This document shows, piece after piece, positions 17,693 through 22,170 of a DNA stretch of 22,170 bases (positions within the stretch are counted from its first letter, which is position 1; the number at the start of each line of letters is the position of its first letter). Where the stretch lies: contig JBAXBA010000063.1 of the NCBI GenBank assembly GCA_037142195.1, positions 1 to 22,170 of the forward strand, given 5' to 3'. The notes under the pieces were generated by a model. It saw only the letters and a program-made list of their open reading frames with translations, was not told where the DNA came from and did not search any database. This DNA is from Pseudomonadota bacterium. GTDB lineage: Bacteria; Bdellovibrionota_B; Oligoflexia; Oligoflexales; CAIMVM01. The position numbers and the translations under genes are program-made.

Positions 17693-18153
17693 AAAGATCC
17701 TTTTTGTTTTAGCGCGAGTTCCATAAGTTGTTTCCACGCCGGCAAATAGCCATCTACTCCTTGCCCAGAAACAAAACCCTGGCAAACTGGCGTTAAAATA
17801 GACGTCTTCCTGAAGTCTTCACGTTTGGAAAGATCAGAAATATGAAATTCCAAAACGGGATAAGGGTAATCTTCAATGGCATCCCTCAAGGAGTATCCGT
17901 ACATCATCAGTGCGCCAGGATTTATTAAAATTCCACGATTTTCAGGGGGAAGTGACTGAATAAAGTCAATTAAGTTCCCCTCATGGTTAGAGCTATAGCA
18001 AATAAAGTCGAAACCATTTCTTTCGGCTTCTGTTTTAAGTTGGTTCTCAATTTCGGATAGTGTGGTAGTGCCATAGATGGCCGTATTGCGCTGTCCCAAT
18101 CGATTGAGATTCGGGCCATGGACTAAAGCAAGACTGATTTTGTTTAAATACAT
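17689..18153 (-). CDS. aroQ: Type II 3-dehydroquinate dehydratase family protein
   Basis: HGPNLNRLG.R...IYG, SNHEG.LID, INPGA, LRDA, E.HIS, RE.FR..S and G.G..GY motifs; ATG 18153 with GAGGA RBS. Confidence 0.9.
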   Translation of the reverse strand: MYLNKISLALVHGPNLNRLGQRNTAIYGTTTLSEIENQLKTEAERNGFDFICYSSNHEGNLIDFIQSLPPENRGILINPGALMMYGYSLRDAIEDYPYPVLEFHISDLSKREDFRKTSILTPVCQGFVSGQGVDGYLPAWKQLMELALKQKGSL

Positions 18154-18254
18154 AGAAGTCCTCACGCTTTAAGTTTAATGCTATCATAGCGCTACAAGCA
18201 ATCATTTCTTCCTTTTTTTGTATTTTGCTATACAATTTTTAAAAAATAATATGA

Positions 18255-18614
18255 TTGTTGAGTAGTGTGAGCGAAACTAGGCTTAATCGAAGAACCACCA
18301 AAGGAGCCAGCGCAAGGCCAGGGCGTTCTTGTGGTAGCTGTACTTTATGCTGCACTCATTTAGACATCGAGTCTGAACCTGGCTTCTCCACTCTGCTATC
18401 TGACGGTGTGGATATCGCAAAGCCAAAAGGGCAGAAATGTCGTTTTCTTGGACCCGGTGGCTGTACGGTATACGAAGTTAGACCTTTAGTCTGTCGAGAG
18501 TTCGCCTGTGACTGGCTTCTAGGGGACAAGAATTTTAAAGAGTCAGATCATCCTTTAAAGTCACGAATTATCGGTGTTCGAGGGGTCAATTGGCACTTTG
18601 AGGTTAAAGTCTAG
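18255..18614 (+). CDS. YkgJ-like CxxCxxCC cysteine-cluster (putative Zn/Fe-binding) protein
   Basis: RSCGSCTLCC ... C.FL...GC.VY..RP..C..F.C.W pattern. Start uncertain (TTG 18255 or GTG 18267). Confidence 0.85.
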   Translation: MLSSVSETRLNRRTTKGASARPGRSCGSCTLCCTHLDIESEPGFSTLLSDGVDIAKPKGQKCRFLGPGGCTVYEVRPLVCREFACDWLLGDKNFKESDHPLKSRIIGVRGVNWHFEVKV

Positions 18615-18948
18615 GTCAGGTCTAGGAAATAGTCCAATTGAGCTAAATGTTTCTCCCTCTGCCATTTCCATCTATCGTAATGTTTGGTCTTGCAATGAGC
18701 CGCACCGTTTATAGGGTCAATTCGTGCAATTTTACATGGCAAGGAACTTGAAAATATTCGATGACAATGATGGAAGTGGTTAACTATTTTTATAATGCAT
18801 CATTGCCTAAACTTTATTCTAAGTTCTGCGAGGCACAGATGTATCTAGAAAATAGCAGGTTCCTTCATTCGTTATTCGAAACACTCCATAGAGCGCCTTT
18901 TTTATTTGCGCTTAAAGCATGATCGCAAATTTCCATTCTTCAGGTTTC

Positions 18949-20850
18949 TTATAAGTTGGGATACACTTTTCCTTCAATCGTCCAATTAATCGGCTGCTTT
19001 TTGATGACTTCATTTTGCAAATCGCTGATGTTTTGAAGCACGTTGCTTGTAGACGCATAGTTTCTTTTAATCATCATGGCAGCGGCAGTTCCGGCTGCGG
19101 AGCCAGAATTCCACTCAATCGGTTGCAATCTTGTTGCAGCATTAGCGTGGAAGGTCTGCGCCATGGTTTTTCCGGCTACGAGCAGATTTGGTATTTTTTG
19201 ATTGGTGAGTGCTCTAAATGGAATAAAAAACGGGAGGGTTTCATGGCTGTTTAGGTATTCTCTCCTGGGACATCTTTGTATATTGTGAAAGTCAGCCACA
19301 TAGGCTCCGATAGCAACGCGGTCGTCAAAAGGAGTGCCGATAGGGGATGATCCCGTTGCTGAACCGTCTAAATCCTTAAATTTAAGCAAAAAATTATCTA
19401 AGCCAAGACTTCTTCGAGTGTCTCGAACATAGGGCATTTTTGCGAGACCATGCTCGGTTCCTAAAAGAGTTTTATCAAGTTTGATATTTACGGATGGATT
19501 TGCAGGAGTTTTGTCCGCATAGAATGTGGCCCAAGCAAAAGCATGATTTTCAGCTCTTCTAAGCACATCTAGATCAATGCCTCCTGACCACCTAGAGGTT
19601 TCTGCTTTGGCAGCCGCTTTAGATTTGAGAAAGTATCCACCGGGGTAGTCGTTTCCAGGAAACCAGTTTTGAAGACTCATATCGCCAGCAGGCGAGCCAA
19701 GGCTTCTAATTCTTCTGTAACTCCAGATTTGGAACCAATTAAATTTTCCCATGGAAAAAAATCCCGGGATGTCAGTTTGAACTTTTGGGATGCCAGATTC
19801 AAATTTTTCATTGCCCAAAGCCGTAAGGGGAATCACAATGGGTTCCTTGAGGCTATCTGCTGTCCCTACCAAGCCTGGCATATCTCTTCCATTGTCAGGG
19901 AGGACCTGAGTATCTATGGGATTTGTCATATCTGGTGTCTTGGGGGATTCTAAGGGTTTGTTTGGCGTCTGGTTATTTTTCTTCGCAACTGCTTCCAAAA
20001 CAAAGGGGTAGACGATTGCCTGTCCGCATTGCTCGTCAGCGGTAAGGGAATCTTCTGAAACTTCGGTTCCTTGCAAATAGGGAGCATCTGCTAAAACTAA
20101 AATGTCCCCAAATTCACTGGCATCAATGATGACGGGGATTGTACCCTTGGAGCCGGAAAAAGTTATTACTTTTTTGCTAAAGAACTGAGAATCTTTGGAG
20201 CTATACCAGTCCGCCAGATCCTGACTCAAGGGATTTTTGTAGCCGCCGCCTTTTTTGGCAGTCCGCTTCACCCCAACCAAGGAGACGATGGCCTCATTCT
20301 TTTTGACAACTGAAGTGACCGTTGTTTCGTAAAAGACCTTTAAGGTTGGCGATCTTTTTTGGATCATCGGAAGAATCGTTTTTTGAAGAGCTAATTTAGG
20401 TTCATAACATATGTTGGACACCCAACATTTGCCAGGATTGCTTCGAAAAGGATTTAGTGCTTCAGCGAAGTCTTTATTCCAGTTTCTATTGTCGAGAGAA
20501 GCCTCAGGGAGTTTCATGTCATTAGGACGATGATGCGCAAAGTCAATTGCTGATACGCCACTTGCAGTCATTTGCCCAGCGGGCCAATTGGTCGGCTCAA
20601 GAAGGCAAGTCTTCACGTTGCTGTCGGCGGAACTTAGTGCGGCTGCAAGCGCTGCTGTGCTTCCTCCGACGATGACCACATCACAGGTTTCCGATTCTGA
20701 CGCGACCAATTCAGAGCTGGTGTTTTTTTGTGGCACACAAAAGCTTATCAGAGTTAGAAAGATGACCCCAAATCCCAATTTCGTCACGATTCGCATCAGA
20801 TTGAGCATAAGTTTCTGAATTTCTTGTCTACTTTGCATTATTTTCTTCAT
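18949..20850 (-). CDS. Exported or membrane-anchored FAD-dependent oxidoreductase (FAD_oxidored-like family)
   Basis: DVVIVGGSTAALAAA Rossmann loop, LLEPT.W..GQ.T..GVSA.D, IDASEFGD, PYVRDTRR, IPFRAL, NLLVAGK and ATRLQP.E...G.AAG motifs; N-terminal hydrophobic segment ending ISF-C. Confidence 0.85.
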   Translation of the reverse strand: MKKIMQSRQEIQKLMLNLMRIVTKLGFGVIFLTLISFCVPQKNTSSELVASESETCDVVIVGGSTAALAAALSSADSNVKTCLLEPTNWPAGQMTASGVSAIDFAHHRPNDMKLPEASLDNRNWNKDFAEALNPFRSNPGKCWVSNICYEPKLALQKTILPMIQKRSPTLKVFYETTVTSVVKKNEAIVSLVGVKRTAKKGGGYKNPLSQDLADWYSSKDSQFFSKKVITFSGSKGTIPVIIDASEFGDILVLADAPYLQGTEVSEDSLTADEQCGQAIVYPFVLEAVAKKNNQTPNKPLESPKTPDMTNPIDTQVLPDNGRDMPGLVGTADSLKEPIVIPLTALGNEKFESGIPKVQTDIPGFFSMGKFNWFQIWSYRRIRSLGSPAGDMSLQNWFPGNDYPGGYFLKSKAAAKAETSRWSGGIDLDVLRRAENHAFAWATFYADKTPANPSVNIKLDKTLLGTEHGLAKMPYVRDTRRSLGLDNFLLKFKDLDGSATGSSPIGTPFDDRVAIGAYVADFHNIQRCPRREYLNSHETLPFFIPFRALTNQKIPNLLVAGKTMAQTFHANAATRLQPIEWNSGSAAGTAAAMMIKRNYASTSNVLQNISDLQNEVIKKQPINWTIEGKVYPNL

Positions 20851-21114
20851 GTCGCCAAAATCCTTTGGTGATTCTTTTTTCTACTCAAAATGGAATACAC
20901 CTTCTATTGTAGCCATTGGCTGGATGTTTCGTATGGGCGAAAAATGACTAGTCATCCGTCTTATCTGCAATTTTTATGAATTTACGTTACCAGTCTTTTG
21001 TGGAGGCTGGAGTTTTGAATTGAGGGACATTTTGGAGCAAGCTAGGAATAGGATTTCTCCATAGGAAAAACCTCAAGACTTGAAACCAAGGCCCTATTAG
21101 TCGTTTGCTCGATC

Positions 21115-21852
21115 TTATGGGCAGTCGACTGAAGACTGCGCTGTTTTAGCAGGGATACTATTGGCTCCAGAGCCTGTGAGGTCCATCAAAGAACCGTCGT
21201 CAATCCACTTCTTAAATTTATCTATAGATGCTTGTTGCATTTTGCCGGAAGTAGGCATGGTGCCTGCTTGCATCTCTGTTAAGGCACTGCGAGCTGCAGC
21301 TTTCACGTCTTGATAGGTAGCAAGTTCAGGCATATTCATACCCGCGCTATGACAGGTCGTACAATTGTCTTTAAGGAGCTTATCTATCTCACCAAGATAG
21401 ACTACTTTTGGCGTGGCTGGCGCAGAAGGAGCAGCAGGAGCTGAGGTAAGGGGGAAGCTCGCGGCTACCCAGCTTTTAAAGAGACTCAAATCACCCGCCG
21501 CTAGTCTAGGGCTTGAGGTAGGCGGCATAGGATTAGATGCAGCTTCCATCCGCATGACTGCACTACTAGAACTCGCTTTGACTTTATCGTAAGTATCTAA
21601 AAACGGCGTTTTTTTAAGACCAGAAACAGGGTTATGGCAGCTCAAGCATTTAGCGTCAATAATGGCCTTAATTTCTGTTTGATAGGATGGCGTTGCCGCA
21701 AGAAAAAGAGTTTTTTTTGTGGGTGTAGCGCATTTTGCCTGCGCATTTCCCTCTGAAATTTTAGAATTGGGTTTGATTATTTGGTTGTCAGAATTGCTGC
21801 ACGAACTTGCCAACATCAGAAAGGACAAAATAGGTAGCTTCATCAGTTTCAC
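21115..21852 (-). CDS. Diheme c-type cytochrome lipoprotein with two tandem homologous domains
   Basis: Start moved to GTG 21852 (GGAGG 6 nt upstream). Lipobox LASS-C; heme motifs CLSCH and CTTCH, each followed by L.TY..VKA ... MP (probable Met axial ligand) ... FK.W. Confidence 0.85.
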   Translation of the reverse strand: MKLMKLPILSFLMLASSCSNSDNQIIKPNSKISEGNAQAKCATPTKKTLFLAATPSYQTEIKAIIDAKCLSCHNPVSGLKKTPFLDTYDKVKASSSSAVMRMEAASNPMPPTSSPRLAAGDLSLFKSWVAASFPLTSAPAAPSAPATPKVVYLGEIDKLLKDNCTTCHSAGMNMPELATYQDVKAAARSALTEMQAGTMPTSGKMQQASIDKFKKWIDDGSLMDLTGSGANSIPAKTAQSSVDCP

Positions 21853-22115
21853 AGATAACCTCCACATGTAGAGAAACACATCGGCATTGGGAGAGTAATC
21901 CCAAACAAAGATATTTTTACCTAATATTTTTATATAGTTAGAGTCGTATTTTCGCAGCAATGGCCAAGAGGCTCTGAAAGTTTTATATTTTTAGGTTTTC
22001 CTGGGCCAAAGGAAAAGGGACATGTCGAGATTTGGCAACATTATCAGTAGCCTGGAACTCCCAGGGGTAGCTCATGATACTGTTTTTATGAGTTTTCTAG
22101 GAGGACCTTTTAGAG

Positions 22116-22170
22116 TGGAGCGGGTAAGGGGATTTGAACCCCTGACCTTCGCGATGGCAACGCGACGCTC
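22116..22170 (-). tRNA. tRNA-Gly(GCC), 3' portion (5' end lies outside the window)
   Basis: Reverse complement is GAGCG-TCGCG-TTGCCAT-CGCGA-AGGTC-AGGGG-TTCAAAT-CCCCT-TACCCGC-T-CCA: anticodon GCC, T-arm, acceptor 3' strand and encoded CCA. Confidence 0.95.

Noticed and set aside
1337..20818. Numerous short antisense ORFs in the track (e.g. 1337, 2454, 3752, 5360, 6206, 8826, 10318, 14738, 17241, 19669, 20588)
   Set aside because: All lie opposite well-supported genes and have no motifs; treated as shadow ORFs.
21960..22170. tRNA-anchored genomic island or prophage
   Set aside because: There is no integrase and I saw no duplicate of the tRNA 3' end elsewhere in the window (only a 7-nt TGGAGCG match near 1108).

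Overview
Bacterial chromosomal window of moderate GC. The protein families and envelope genes suggest an Oligoflexia/Bdellovibrionota-like organism (inference only). From left to right: (1) about 1.07 kb of decayed DNA, in which a Zn/NADP-oxidoreductase fragment is fused to a frameshifted IS91/ISCR-type transposase C-terminus, followed by a candidate oriIS abutting a hidden dnaJ fragment; (2) a block of five uncharacterised envelope genes, made of two overlapping 'beta-barrel OMP + lipoprotein' pairs (one behind a near-canonical sigma28-type promoter) and a divergent membrane-anchored protein; (3) serA converging on an SLT-like lytic transglycosylase across two hairpins and a (TTTCAA)5 repeat; (4) a small acidic protein; (5) cobT-cobS-cobC without cobU and without a visible B12 riboswitch; (6) a secreted S8 subtilase; (7) an aroQ-aroA-aroB-dipeptide epimerase operon with atypical active-site residues in AroQ/AroA and an in-frame TAA in the epimerase; (8) a CxxCxxCC protein, an exported FAD oxidoreductase, a tandem-repeat diheme cytochrome c lipoprotein, and the 3' part of tRNA-Gly(GCC). 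All calls come from motif recognition by eye; no searches were run.
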